Below the pieces are notes generated by a model. That model was not told where the DNA came from. It ran no database searches and saw nothing but the letters and a program-made list of their open reading frames with translations. The position numbers and the translations under genes were made by a program. Source: Eledone cirrhosa (lineage: Eukaryota). From it: DNA of 64,000 nucleotides. Location of the stretch: positions 112,034,001 to 112,098,000 of the forward strand of contig OZ024740.1 of NCBI GenBank assembly GCA_964016885.1, read 5' to 3'. Below, piece after piece: positions 42,944-54,049 of this stretch. Every line of letters begins with the position of its first letter. The first letter of the stretch is position 1.

Positions 42944-43297
42944 CCAATTCTGCAAAGAATTTAAATGAATCTCAAAGAAATTCGTTCCTAGACAACATCC
43001 ATCCATCCATCCATGCATGCATGCATGGTGGCTGCTAACTCGTTTTCGAGTACGGCCACTACTTTATATCCATGTAGGAGAACCCCTACCGATGCGCTGA
43101 ACGAGTGTGACTTTTTAGTTCAGCCAGCAACTTGAAAACTCTGGTACAAACACTACACCTGTGACAATTATTGACACAGTGCTGGGCCCATGGTACCATG
43201 TGACGACAAGTGCAGAGAGATCTCCAGATATAAAGCAATGCCTGTGCCGTGAAGCTTTTATAGTGAGCAAAGGCACTGCACAAAACCAGTCCCACTC

Positions 43298-43397
43298 ACA
43301 TACATACAAACATACATACATACATACATACATACATACATACATACATACATACATACATACATACATACATACATACATACATACATACATACAT
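43298..43397. repeat. (CATA)n tract 5' of the tandem retrotransposon insertions
   Basis: Read directly from the sequence. Confidence 0.97.
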
Positions 43398-43636
43398 GGA
43401 GCTACGGGTTATATACCAACCCGCTTGGACCAAAGTATGACTGAACTTGGATTTGCGGACAAAAAGCGCAGCTCCCTAATTCATAGTCTACAAATGACTG
43501 CGATAGCTGGCACCTTCAAAATTTGCAAAACATTCTTGCGATTCAAGGGATGACAATTTCTTTTCTTTTACAACCTTGCCACCAGGAAGGTGGCCGGTCA
43601 AAAAAAATATATACTCGAAATTAAGAGAAAGAGATA
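43397..43636 (+). mobile_element. Severely 5'-truncated copy (last about 50 codons plus 3' UTR) of the R4/Dong-like element
   Basis: Near-identical to 45465-45701 (4 substitutions, small 3' UTR indels). Flanked by (CATA)n on both sides. Confidence 0.95.
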
Positions 43637-43713
43637 TACATACATACATACATACATACATACATACATACATACATACATACATACATACATACATACA
43701 TACATACATACAT

Positions 43714-45621
43714 CACTTACTAACTAATAAAATGATTCAAGAAAAAACAACAAAGAATCGCAGAAACATGACTGTGGTGTGGCTGGACTATCAAAAAGCA
43801 TTTGATAGTGTACCTCATGGGTGGATTGTTAAGGCTTTACAGTTAGCCAAAGTCCCACAACCACTGGTAGATGCTGTTGAACGTCTGACCAAGAACTGGT
43901 ACACCAATTTGATCCTTAGAGGTGAGAAGGAGCAAGTTAAGACTGATAGGATACATTACCAGAAGGGCATCTTTCAGGGTGATAGCTTGTCAGTGCTACT
44001 CTTTGTTCTCTCACTAAATCCACTATCTTACCTACTCAGGAAACAAGGTGGACAAAGAAGTGGGTCCAGAAGTATCTCCCATCTTTTCTTTGTTGATGAC
44101 CTGAAGTTGTATGGGCCAAATATCAATGACATCAAGAAACAATTGGACCACATTACACAATTTTCAACAGACATCAAAATGAAATTTGGTGTGTCCAAGT
44201 GTGCATATTTGGCAGTAAAACGTGGAAGAGCTGTGCCCTCCTCTAGAAATCTAGAGATGAACGGCCTGACAATACAACCTCTACAATCAGGTGACAACTA
44301 CAGATATCTTGGACAGTATGAGAATGCCAGATATGATGGACCCATAAACAAGGAGAGAAGCAGAACTGAATACCTCAGAAGAGTAAAGAAAATATGGTCA
44401 TCAGAACTGTCAACGTACAACAAATATATTGCCCACAATACTTATGCTGTGCCAATTCTAACGCCAACATTTGGCCTGCTGAACTGGCCATTGCAAGAAC
44501 TAAGTGAGATGGATGTTAGAACTCGCAAACTTCTCAGTGTTACTGGGAACTTTAACATCAATGGTGATGTGGATAGGCTATACTTCTCACGCAAGGAAGG
44601 TGGCCGGGGTCTAAAATCCATATTAACATCATATGAGACCCGGATAGTAACACTGAAGCAACACATTCAACAGAGGAAAAAGGTTGGCAACCATCTTGCC
44701 CAGGTTTATGAGTATGAAAAAAAAAATATCATTAGAATAGCCACTGATCTGGAGGAGAGATATGGAATAAAGCCTGATATAAATCTCTCACCCAGAGAAA
44801 TCGGAAGATCCTATTCAATGTTCAAACAAGATGAAAAAATTGACCAATTTACAGAAAAAGTTGTGCATGGATACTTGAGACGTAAAACACAGACCATAGA
44901 TGGGATAAACCACTCAAAAAGCCTGGCATGGAGTTCCGACAAGTTTATGACATCACACCTTGAGGGATATCTCTATGCAATACAGGAACAAGATCTCCCT
45001 ACCAAATATCTGCTGTACAAAAGGGGAGGGCCATCAGCTGACAATAAATGTAAGCTATGTAAAACAAAGATCGAGGATGTAAGCCACATTGTTGCCAGCT
45101 GCGAAAGAATGTCATCTCGCTACTACCTCCCCATGAGACACGATGGGATAGCTACAACCATCTGGAACGCACTTCGGAAAACAAAATTAACAACAAACGA
45201 GGAAGAATATATTGAGACAGATGGCACTAAGGAATACTGGTGGAACCTGAAAATAAAAACTGCCACCAAATTAAAGCACAACCGGCCTGATATTGTTGTT
45301 TGGGACCACACATTGAAAACGTGTTCTGTTGTGGAGATCACCTGCCCACTTGATGTAAACGTTGTCAGAAAAATACAGGAGAAGGAGGACATCTACGGAC
45401 CATTGATGAGGAGTTTTCAAATCCAGTATCCAAGATACACCTTTAGCTTCATACCCATTATTATTGGAGCTACGGGTTATATACCAACCCGCTTGGACCA
45501 AAGTATGACTGAACTTGGATTTGCGGACAAAGAGCGCAGCTCCCTAATTCATAGTCTACAAATGGTTGCGATAACTGGCACCTTCAAAATTTGCAAAACA
45601 TTCTTGCGATTCAAGGGATGA
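43714..45621 (+). CDS. Reverse transcriptase + CCHC zinc knuckle + PD-(D/E)xK restriction-like endonuclease, N-terminally truncated, uninterrupted frame
   Basis: RT motifs WLDYQKAFDSVPH, GIFQGDSLS, HLFFVDDLKLY, YRYLG and RKEGGRGL. Knuckle CKLC-x8-H-x4-C, then RHD and RPDIVVWD..VVEITCP. First in-frame ATG at 43732. Confidence 0.93.
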   Translation, partial: HLLTNKMIQEKTTKNRRNMTVVWLDYQKAFDSVPHGWIVKALQLAKVPQPLVDAVERLTKNWYTNLILRGEKEQVKTDRIHYQKGIFQGDSLSVLLFVLSLNPLSYLLRKQGGQRSGSRSISHLFFVDDLKLYGPNINDIKKQLDHITQFSTDIKMKFGVSKCAYLAVKRGRAVPSSRNLEMNGLTIQPLQSGDNYRYLGQYENARYDGPINKERSRTEYLRRVKKIWSSELSTYNKYIAHNTYAVPILTPTFGLLNWPLQELSEMDVRTRKLLSVTGNFNINGDVDRLYFSRKEGGRGLKSILTSYETRIVTLKQHIQQRKKVGNHLAQVYEYEKKNIIRIATDLEERYGIKPDINLSPREIGRSYSMFKQDEKIDQFTEKVVHGYLRRKTQTIDGINHSKSLAWSSDKFMTSHLEGYLYAIQEQDLPTKYLLYKRGGPSADNKCKLCKTKIEDVSHIVASCERMSSRYYLPMRHDGIATTIWNALRKTKLTTNEEEYIETDGTKEYWWNLKIKTATKLKHNRPDIVVWDHTLKTCSVVEITCPLDVNVVRKIQEKEDIYGPLMRSFQIQYPRYTFSFIPIIIGATGYIPTRLDQSMTELGFADKERSSLIHSLQMVAITGTFKICKTFLRFKG

Positions 45622-45701
45622 CAATTTCTTTTCTTTTACAACCTTGCCACCAGGAAGGTGGCCGGTCAAAAAAATATACTCGAAATTAAGAGAAAGAGAT
45701 A
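43714..45701 (+). mobile_element. 5'-truncated RLE-type non-LTR retrotransposon (R4/Dong-like)
   Basis: Begins inside the RT directly after (CATA)n, has an 80-nt 3' UTR ending GAGAAAGAGATA, then CATACATACATACAT. Confidence 0.95.
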
Positions 45702-46005
45702 CCATACATACATACATTATGGCTGCAAATTCTGCTAAGAGAATTGCCATTGCTTGTCAGGTTATAGTCTGGTACACTTTTAGTTACGGCCAGCCACATG
45801 AACCTGTGCGTTGAAGGTTTTTTTTAAGTGGGGAAAGGCCTTGCATACATACATGTGTGTGTAGAGTTTCTTAGTTCAAGAAATAATGACGAAGATTAAA
45901 TGAGCACTCAGAACATATTAATTTGTTAAACCTGTAGAGAAAATATTTATTACCATGCCTTTTAGCTAAAAGCTGAAATTATATATGTATCTTTACATAT
46001 ATATA

Positions 46006-46117
<112 letters not shown>

Positions 46118-46414
46118 GATATATCAGTTTAGATCATGTTAATATCATAATTTATCTGACCGGTTTATGCTCACGTCTTTGTACATTTTCTTCATTGTTT
46201 TTCTATATAATGTAACTTGTGAGAATAATTATCACCTATTTTTCTATATATAAATATATATATACACATAAATCCAAGATAAAAAATAAAGATAAACATA
46301 AACATACAATTGCAGTCTTATTAGTTTCACGCTTGTTCGAAAAGGAATGTTTCAGCCTATCAGACGCCAGTCTTTCATCATTGTATATATAAGTATATGA
46401 TATATATATATATA

Positions 46415-46552
46415 TAGGAAAATGTTTGATCCCGACGGCAGAGCTCAAGCCGTTTCGACGGCTATTTCTGGACTATTTCCCACTCTACTACCCTAAGTAT
46501 TGAGTACTCTGGTGCGTTATGGTCCATCTGGTTCTTTACCACACCTCCTTCG

Positions 46553-46554
<2 letters not shown>
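46415..46554 (+). mobile_element. Fold-back family P1 copy in (TA)n
   Basis: Inverted segment CCCGACGGCAGAGCTCAAGCCGTTTCGACGGCTA joined to the same tail as 27856-28050. Confidence 0.75.
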
Positions 46555-46584
<30 letters not shown>

Positions 46585-46592
<8 letters not shown>

Positions 46593-46941
46593 AAGTAAGT
46601 CCTTCATCAGTGACCCTCCAACCGTCCCAGGCATTTCATCGCTTTAAGGGCCATATACCTCAGGTTGGTGCGAACAACGGCTAAAAAAAGTCGTTGGGAC
46701 ACGTAAATAAAGGGGACGTTAGGGTGAACAAACAAAATGGTTTAAGCAACGGAAAGTGAGAAGAAAGAGACAAGTCCCAGATTTCTATGAATATAAACTC
46801 GGTGAAATCGTGAACAAGAGACAAAAGACCATCAAACCTGGTTGAAATGTGAGCAAGGAAGGAATTTCGCACAGGTCTAACGGGGGGGAAGAAGAAGGGT
46901 CTGGTCTGCGAATTCGGTAAACATAAGTTCTGTGAAGTCGC

Positions 46942-47010
<69 letters not shown>

Positions 47011-47370
47011 TTCATACCGGCTTGACCAAGAACGCGCGAGAAAAGAAATCGGAAAGGTCAAGCGGGAAGAAAGAGGAGGAAAGAGGAGGAGGAGGAGAGG
47101 TAGTGACAGAGAATGAGTGAGTGAAAGTTGAGGAGGAGGCTAACAGAGAGAGAGAGACTGCTAGAAAGGGTAAAGATACAAAGAACGAAACAGACGGGTG
47201 GCAGCAGAAGAAAAAATATGTGTAAATATGATAATAATGGAGCTGCGCGTTGCAAATGGGATACATATGAAAAAGTAAGTCCTTCATCAGTGACCCTCCA
47301 ACCGTCCCAGGCATTTCATCGCTTTAAGGGCCATATACCTCAGGTTGGTGCGAACAACGGCTAAAAAAAG
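46585..47370. mobile_element. Non-coding element with identical 106-bp direct terminal repeats, inserted in (TA)n
   Basis: 46585-46690 is identical to 47265-47370 (period 680), with (TA)n on both flanks. Confidence 0.85.
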
Positions 47371-47599
47371 ATATATATATATATAACACAAAGTCTTATT
47401 AGGTTCACACTTGGGAAGAGATAAATGAGGGTTTCGATGAATCGGACATTATATATATACAATGAGAGAGAGGGGGAGAGAGAGCGAGCACGTCGTGTTC
47501 AGCTAAACAATCAGTTTCATGTCATGTCTACCATACTATAGTTCAGTCTTCACTCATTTATGGCTGTGAGACATAGACCACGTACCGTTCCCATCTAGG

Positions 47600-47775
47600 T
47601 ATGCGGGAATGATTCCACAAGCACTATCTAATGAAGATCTACGACCTACTCATCACCATAGGCGCTCAGCTGGCCAGTCATAGGTGTGAGCCTCGCGAGT
47701 TGGAGTGGCTCTTCCAGCGCATCTCCCTTACCATCCTCCTGGGAAACGCCTTCTCCATTCTGTCCGCCGGGGCTG
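47600..47775 (+). mobile_element. CRE-like (RLE) non-LTR retrotransposon C-terminal fragment
   Basis: Encodes LLITIGAQLASHRCEPRELEWLFQRISLTILLGNAFSILSA. Confidence 0.72.
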
Positions 47776-48123
47776 TGGGGTGGCCAGCACGTGGGATCCC
47801 ATTTGCTCATCATACAGAGAGATGGGGAGGGCGAGCGAGATGGAGGCGATGACATTGGGAGTTCGGCTCTTCCACGTTCGGACCATATCCTTGTGGTTGT
47901 GTTCATTATCTATAGAGTTCAACCTGAAAGGACAAGATCAAGAACGCCGAAATCCTATGATCATGCAATAGTACCCAAAACCCATCTAAATCTATTCAAC
48001 AATCAAGCCGTATATGTCAAACAGAAAGTTATTTGTCTCTAATATTGTCAGGCATGTCAATGAAAAGATAAACATCAACTCAGAGAAGCATTTAAACATT
48101 TAACTTAAGCCAAAATCGATATA

Positions 48124-49330
48124 TTGGGTTGGACACAAAGTTACAGACGATTATCAAAAGAGTTTTTAGAAATGTTGAAGATTGCGTATGCACGCTTATA
48201 CAAAATGTGACATTGGTATGCACTATGTGCATTTCTCAATTTCTGTTACGCCGTCAAAAGGGAGGCAACATGATCTATCCAAATCGTATATTCGTGGCTG
48301 TTTTCTTTATGACTTCAAATCTGGCCTGAGCACAGCAGCACCGATTCGTTACATTTGGGTCATACACGACGTCTGAACGTAATGCCAAAGACTGGCTCAC
48401 ACGCTTCCATTCCAATGATTATAGCCTTGAAGATCAGCCTCACACAAGACGTCCATTCTACTTCCATGACAAGCAACTGCGTGAGCTGGTGGAAGCCGAC
48501 CCGTGCTAGATATCACGTCATCTCTCTGAGCTGATTGTGGTATCGAAAACAGCCAGCCTGAATCAGTTGCATGTAATAGAGAAGGTGTCTAAACTAAACC
48601 AATGGGTGCCCCACAATCTGACTGACCATAATCGTGCATGTCGGGAGCAGCTGCGATTTCTCTGCTCTCCTACCATCACACACCCAATTGGTTACGTTCT
48701 ATTGTCACTGGTGATGAAAAATGATGTCTCTACATTGAATTCAAGCGCAAGTGATCGTGGATTAATAAAGAGAGTGCCCCACAACGGCAAGTTAAGACTG
48801 GCCTCCACCTTCGCAAGGCCCTGCTGAGCGTCTGGTGGGACTGGAAAGGTGTCATCCACTACGAGCTGCTTCCATCAAACACCAGCATAACCTCTGAGGT
48901 CTATTGCCAACATCTTAGTTTAGCAGGAAAAATCACACAGGTGTGCCCACACCATGGTCCTGTTCGATTCCTTCATAATAACACTTGACCTCATATATCA
49001 AGGATGATCCATGAGAAGCTGTTGGAACTAGATTGGGTGATTCTGCTCCACCCACCGTATTCGCCCGATCTCGCGACGACAGGTTATCAATTTTTTCTCT
49101 CAATGAGTAATGCAATGGAGTCAAATACTTTCGCCAATGAAGGCCAGTTAAATTAGTGGCTGGCGGAATTTTTTGCATCGCAACCAGAAGAATTCTACAG
49201 GGATAGAATAATGTGCCTTCCTAAACGATGGCAAATGATGGCGATTATTTTGACTAAATTTTTCTAGTATTATAAAACATCCTAGTCAATAAACATTAGA
49301 AAAATGGTGAGAACTTACTGCCCAACCTAA
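48124..49330 (+). mobile_element. Full-length decayed Mariner transposon
   Basis: Diverged TIRs TTGGGTTGG.. and ..CCCAACCTAA flanked by TA. About 1.2 kb. Confidence 0.92.
48270..49257 (+). pseudogene. Mariner transposase pseudogene
   Basis: Across frames, with stops and frameshifts: IRGCFLYDF, SLEDQP, WVPHNLT, IVTGDEK, LSVWWDWKGVIHYELL, HPPYSPDLA, LPKRWQ. Confidence 0.92.
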
Positions 49331-49389
49331 TATTATTTGAGTTACTGCCCTTTGAATAATTGCAGTTTTCTTATACGACGCTAGTGTGG

Positions 49390-49594
49390 TAGAGGTAGAG
49401 GGTCGGACAACATGCTTTGCGGCATATGGGTACGCCCCTTTACGTTCTGAGTTCAAATCCCGCCGAGGTTAGCTTTGCCTTTCATCCTTACGAGGTCGAT
49501 AAATAAAGCACCAGTAACGCTCTGGGGTCGATTTATTAGATTTTTCCTTTCCCCAAACATTGCTTGCCTTGTGCTTATAGTAGAAACAATTATT
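49390..49594 (+). mobile_element. SINE family A (longer subtype)
   Basis: B-box, core and AGTAGAAACAATTATT tail present. Confidence 0.88.
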
Positions 49595-50223
49595 TATGTA
49601 TGCATTTATGCTTATGTATAACATTTTAAGGCAAACACTGTATAACGACGTTTAATATGGGTTTTATATTTCAAATCTATGTTCATACGCATATATACGT
49701 GTGTATAAACTATATGTACGTGTGTATAGATTATATATACGTGTGTGTATGCATGAATATATGTGAGTGGATATATATGTATCGGTATGTTGCCTCATAG
49801 TAAGTGTATGTTCGTCTGTTGTGTATAGTTTATTACCTGTCATCATGTTGTACATTAAGCCGTCGATGCGTCCCCAATCAAACATCATGGGTCATTGTGT
49901 TCAATAATAAATTATCGATCTATGTGATGGGAACAGCATACAAATCAGATGAGAGGCGGGAGAGCAGAGTAGTGATGTATATATAAGCCTGCAGGTTAAT
50001 AATGTAGGTTGAGTGTGTTTATATTTATTACATCAATTGCTTACACAGCAATTGGCCTCATAAACATCGCTCCCTCACACTCCTTCACTCTCTTCTTTTC
50101 ACTAGTTTTCTATATTTCTCGCTTTAGATTTAAACATTGATATCTATATATATATATCTATCTATATTTTTATCTCGATACCTGTCTATACATATCTATA
50201 TATTTATATGTATCTACATTCAC

Positions 50224-50247
<24 letters not shown>

Positions 50248-50290
<43 letters not shown>

Positions 50291-50800
50291 TATATATTAT
50301 ATATTATATGTATCATTTATATTATATTATATTATATATTATATATTATATGTATCATTTATATTATATATATCATATATTATATTATGTATATATATAT
50401 ATATATATATTATATTATATTATATTATATATTATATGTATCATTTATATTATATATATCATATATTATATTATATATATATGCATATATATATATATAT
50501 ATATTATATTATATTATATTATATTATATTATATATTATATGTATCATTTATATTATATATATCATATATTATATTATATATTATATTATGTATCATTTA
50601 TATTATATATATATTATATTATATTATATATTATATTATGTATCATTTATATTATATATATATTATATTATATTATATATTATATTATGTATCATTTATA
50701 TTATATATATATTATATTATATTATATATTATATTATGTATCATTTATATTATATATATCATATTTTATATTATATATTATATTATGTATCATTTATATT
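50248..50800. repeat. AT-rich minisatellite (TATATTATGTATCATTTATAT units)
   Basis: Read directly from the sequence. Confidence 0.92.
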
Positions 50801-50974
50801 ATCGGTAGAGGGTCGGACGCCATGCTTTGCAGCAAAGAGTTACGGCCCTTTATGGTCTGAGTTCAAATCCCGCCGAGGTTAACTTTGCCTTTCATCCTTA
50901 CGGTGTCGATAAAATAAAGTACCAGTAATACACTGGGATAATTGCTGGCCTTGTGCCAAAAGTAGAAACAATTA
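50800..50974 (+). mobile_element. SINE family A inserted in an AT-rich repeat
   Basis: Consensus match, 5' head clipped. Confidence 0.92.
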
Positions 50975-51180
50975 TATATATATTATATTACATATTATAT
51001 ATACCATTTATGTTGTGTTGCTTACCAATGGGTAGAACTGTTCATTACAGTTTAGTTAACGATGATGCAATAAAACTAAGCACTCGACGTTATACAAATC
51101 ATCCATTGTAGATGTGGTATCCTGTGGCTGGTGCAGGAACGGAGTAAAATATTAATCTAAAATCAAAAGAAAGCCGGGCT

Positions 51181-51490
51181 GGAAACATTCTGTAAAGTTT
51201 TAATATTGCGAAAAAACGATACGCATTTCATTGGCCTAGTTACATCATCGGATAATGATGCAAGTCTTAGACGATTTCATCAGGTGTGGATTGCAAAATT
51301 AGTTATATGAGACAACAGGATTATGGCGAACACAAACAGAGAATAGTGAATGGATTTGATTCGGGGATGGCTCGACAATCCGTTGTTATTGTACCAAATA
51401 TATTCTCTGTTCTCTGTTTGCATCATTATTGGATTATGTAACTAGGCCATTGAAATACGTATATTATTTAAAACTTTACAAAATGTTTCC
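51181..51490. repeat. Diverged inverted repeat (about 75-80-bp arms), Penelope-like footprint
   Basis: GGAAACATTCTGTAAAGTTTTAA..ATACGCATTTCATTGGCCTAGTTACATCATC..TAATGATGCAA mirrored at 51418-51490. Confidence 0.75.
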
Positions 51491-51494
51491 ATAA

Positions 51495-51542
<48 letters not shown>

Positions 51543-51639
51543 TTATATTTGTATCTTCTATCTGGCTATATATATTTATATCTATCTATCGACCTATTTA
51601 CGCAGCTACCTAACTATCTATACTTCCCTTTCTAAGCGA

Positions 51640-51768
51640 TGAATTGCGGTAGTGTTTGAGCGACCTGCGATCTTCGTTCCGGTTGTTTGAACTCTGAGTT
51701 CAAATCCCACCGAGGTTAACATAGTCTTTCATCTTTTTCTCAGTTGATCGACAATGAAGTACTAGGAC
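51640..51768 (+). mobile_element. Old family A-related SINE
   Basis: Contains CTGAGTTCAAATCCCACCGAGGTTAAC..CTTTCATC. Confidence 0.65.
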
Positions 51769-51858
51769 AGTCCACCGCAACCTCTCTCTTTCTTCTCTTT
51801 CTCCTCTCTTTCTCCTCCCTTTCTCCTCTTGTTACTCTCTCATTCTCTCTCATTCTCT

Positions 51859-51921
<63 letters not shown>

Positions 51922-53597
51922 TTCTCTCTTTCTCCCCCTCTCTCAATTCAAAGGTTCATCTACGGCTCATTACGTCACAATGATTCAGTCTAAAAGTTAG
52001 GTAAAGTGTCACGTGACTGTAAATATACAGATGTATACACGTTGAGCAAAAGTTTCAGTTGATGGACTAACTGAATGTTCATCGTCGAAACAGCCCGAGG
52101 CCCAGTCACCATATCTTTTTGCTTATCTGCTTCCTTTATACCGATCTCTCTACCTTTATATTAGGCTATCTAACTCGACTTATCTATTCTGTCCCCCCCC
52201 CCCTCTCTCTCTCTCTCTCTGTCTCATATACCCCCTATCCCCCTCTCTCTCTCTCTCTCCCCTCTCTATGTAGGTGAGTGTATATGTATATATGTATGTG
52301 TGTATAAATATAAATACATATATATGGTGGAGTATAAACACATGTTTGGCATACATGTATGTCGATGTATGTGTATATATATATATATGTGTATATGTGT
52401 GTGTTTGTGTTTGGGTGGGGTACTCACATATATATGCACATATATATACATATGTGTGTGAATTCATTTATTTTTTCTTCGTTTAAATTGGATTTTCTAT
52501 TTCACTTGATATAACATTTCCCCAGATACATCTCCGCCTTTCCACCTTTCCATATACTACCCCCACCCAGGCTCTCTCTTTTCCTTCTCTCTCTTTCACC
52601 CTCTCCTTTCTCTTTCTCGCTCTCTATCCCCCCCCCCTCTATATCTCTCCCCCCTCTATATCTCTCCTCTTCTCTATCTCCCCCGCTATCTCTCCCCCTC
52701 TATATCTCTCCTCCTCTATATCTCCCCCCTCTATATCTCTCCCCCTCTCTATATCTCCCCCCTCTCTATATATCTCCCCCTCTCTATCTCTCCTCCTCTC
52801 TATCTCTCCCCCTCTCTATCTCTCCCCCTCTATCTCTCCCCCTCTCTATCTCTCCCACATTCTCCCTCACTCTGTCCATCATTCTCTGCCTCTCTTATGT
52901 TTACACTCCCATCTACCTACCCTTCCACCCCTCCACTCCACTCTCTGCACATGTAAGCAGCGCCGTGAGACGACGGACGAGTCAATGTTTGAATTAGGGG
53001 GCGTGTCTGATTACATGAATTACAACTTGGGACAGGCAGCGTGGAGAGTGTGATCGACATGTGATGAATGTAGGGAGTCATATGTTGGGCTGAGAGTAGG
53101 GTGACGATGGCGGCAGCTTGTAGTGTTAGAGATGATACAGGTGGTGGTGGAGGTGGTGGTGTTGGTAATGGTGGTGTATTGCCGTGTTAGTGATGATACA
53201 AGTGGTGGTGGAGGTGCTGGTGGTGGTAACGGTGGTGTATTGCCGTGTTAGTGATGATACAAGTGGTGGTGGAGGTGGTGGTGGTGGTAACGGTGGTGGA
53301 TTGCCGTGTTAGTGATGATAGATATGATGCTGATGGTGATGATGGTAGTGGCGGCGGCTTGTAGTGATAGTGATGTTGGTGATGGTGGTAGTTGATTGTA
53401 GTGATAGTGGTAGAAATGTAAGAGAGTTTCACTCGTCAGCTCTTCGGTAATGTTCCAGATCTGTACGAAGCGATGAGCTCAACAGAGCAGACTATCAAAA
53501 CACTAATGTTTTATACAGTGCTGCCACTATCTACCAAACCATGATCAGCTCGTCTTAATGTTTTATCCAGTCAGATCTCATAAATAAATAATTTCAT

Positions 53598-53644
<47 letters not shown>

Positions 53645-53651
53645 ATACTAC

Positions 53652-53833
53652 CTAAGAGGCTGTGTCCCCATAAGTGCTTTCAAAGGAAACCACAAGCAGA
53701 CCCTAATTGCAGAGGGCACAAGCTCTCCTATCCCGATTCTGCTATTGAAATCCAGGACTTAGCAACGGCATTGAACGACAGACCACGTGGAGATCAATCG
53801 TTCAGTCGATTTCGGCTGAGGCCGCCGGATGAT
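53652..53833 (+). mobile_element. Probable RTE-like LINE 3' end between (TAC)n tracts
   Basis: Reads ..RGHKLSYPDSAIEIQDLATALNDRP.WRSIVQSISAEAAG-stop (with one frameshift), then (TAC)n. Confidence 0.55.
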
Positions 53834-53869
<36 letters not shown>

Positions 53870-54049
53870 CACTGCCACCACCATAAATCCACTACCGCCG
53901 CCACGAACATCATCAACACATTACCACCACCAACCTCCCACTAATAACACCATATCCAACTACAACACATCCGACACCGCCATCACTATCACCCTCAACC
54001 CTACTACCAACAACACTCCCAACCCTATTACAAAATCAAACACTGCCAA

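Noticed and set aside
43576-43713. N-terminal 46 aa of the 681-aa ORF (TTG start, IHTY repeats)
   Set aside because: This is read-through of the upstream copy's 3' UTR and the (CATA)n tract. It is not part of the element's protein.
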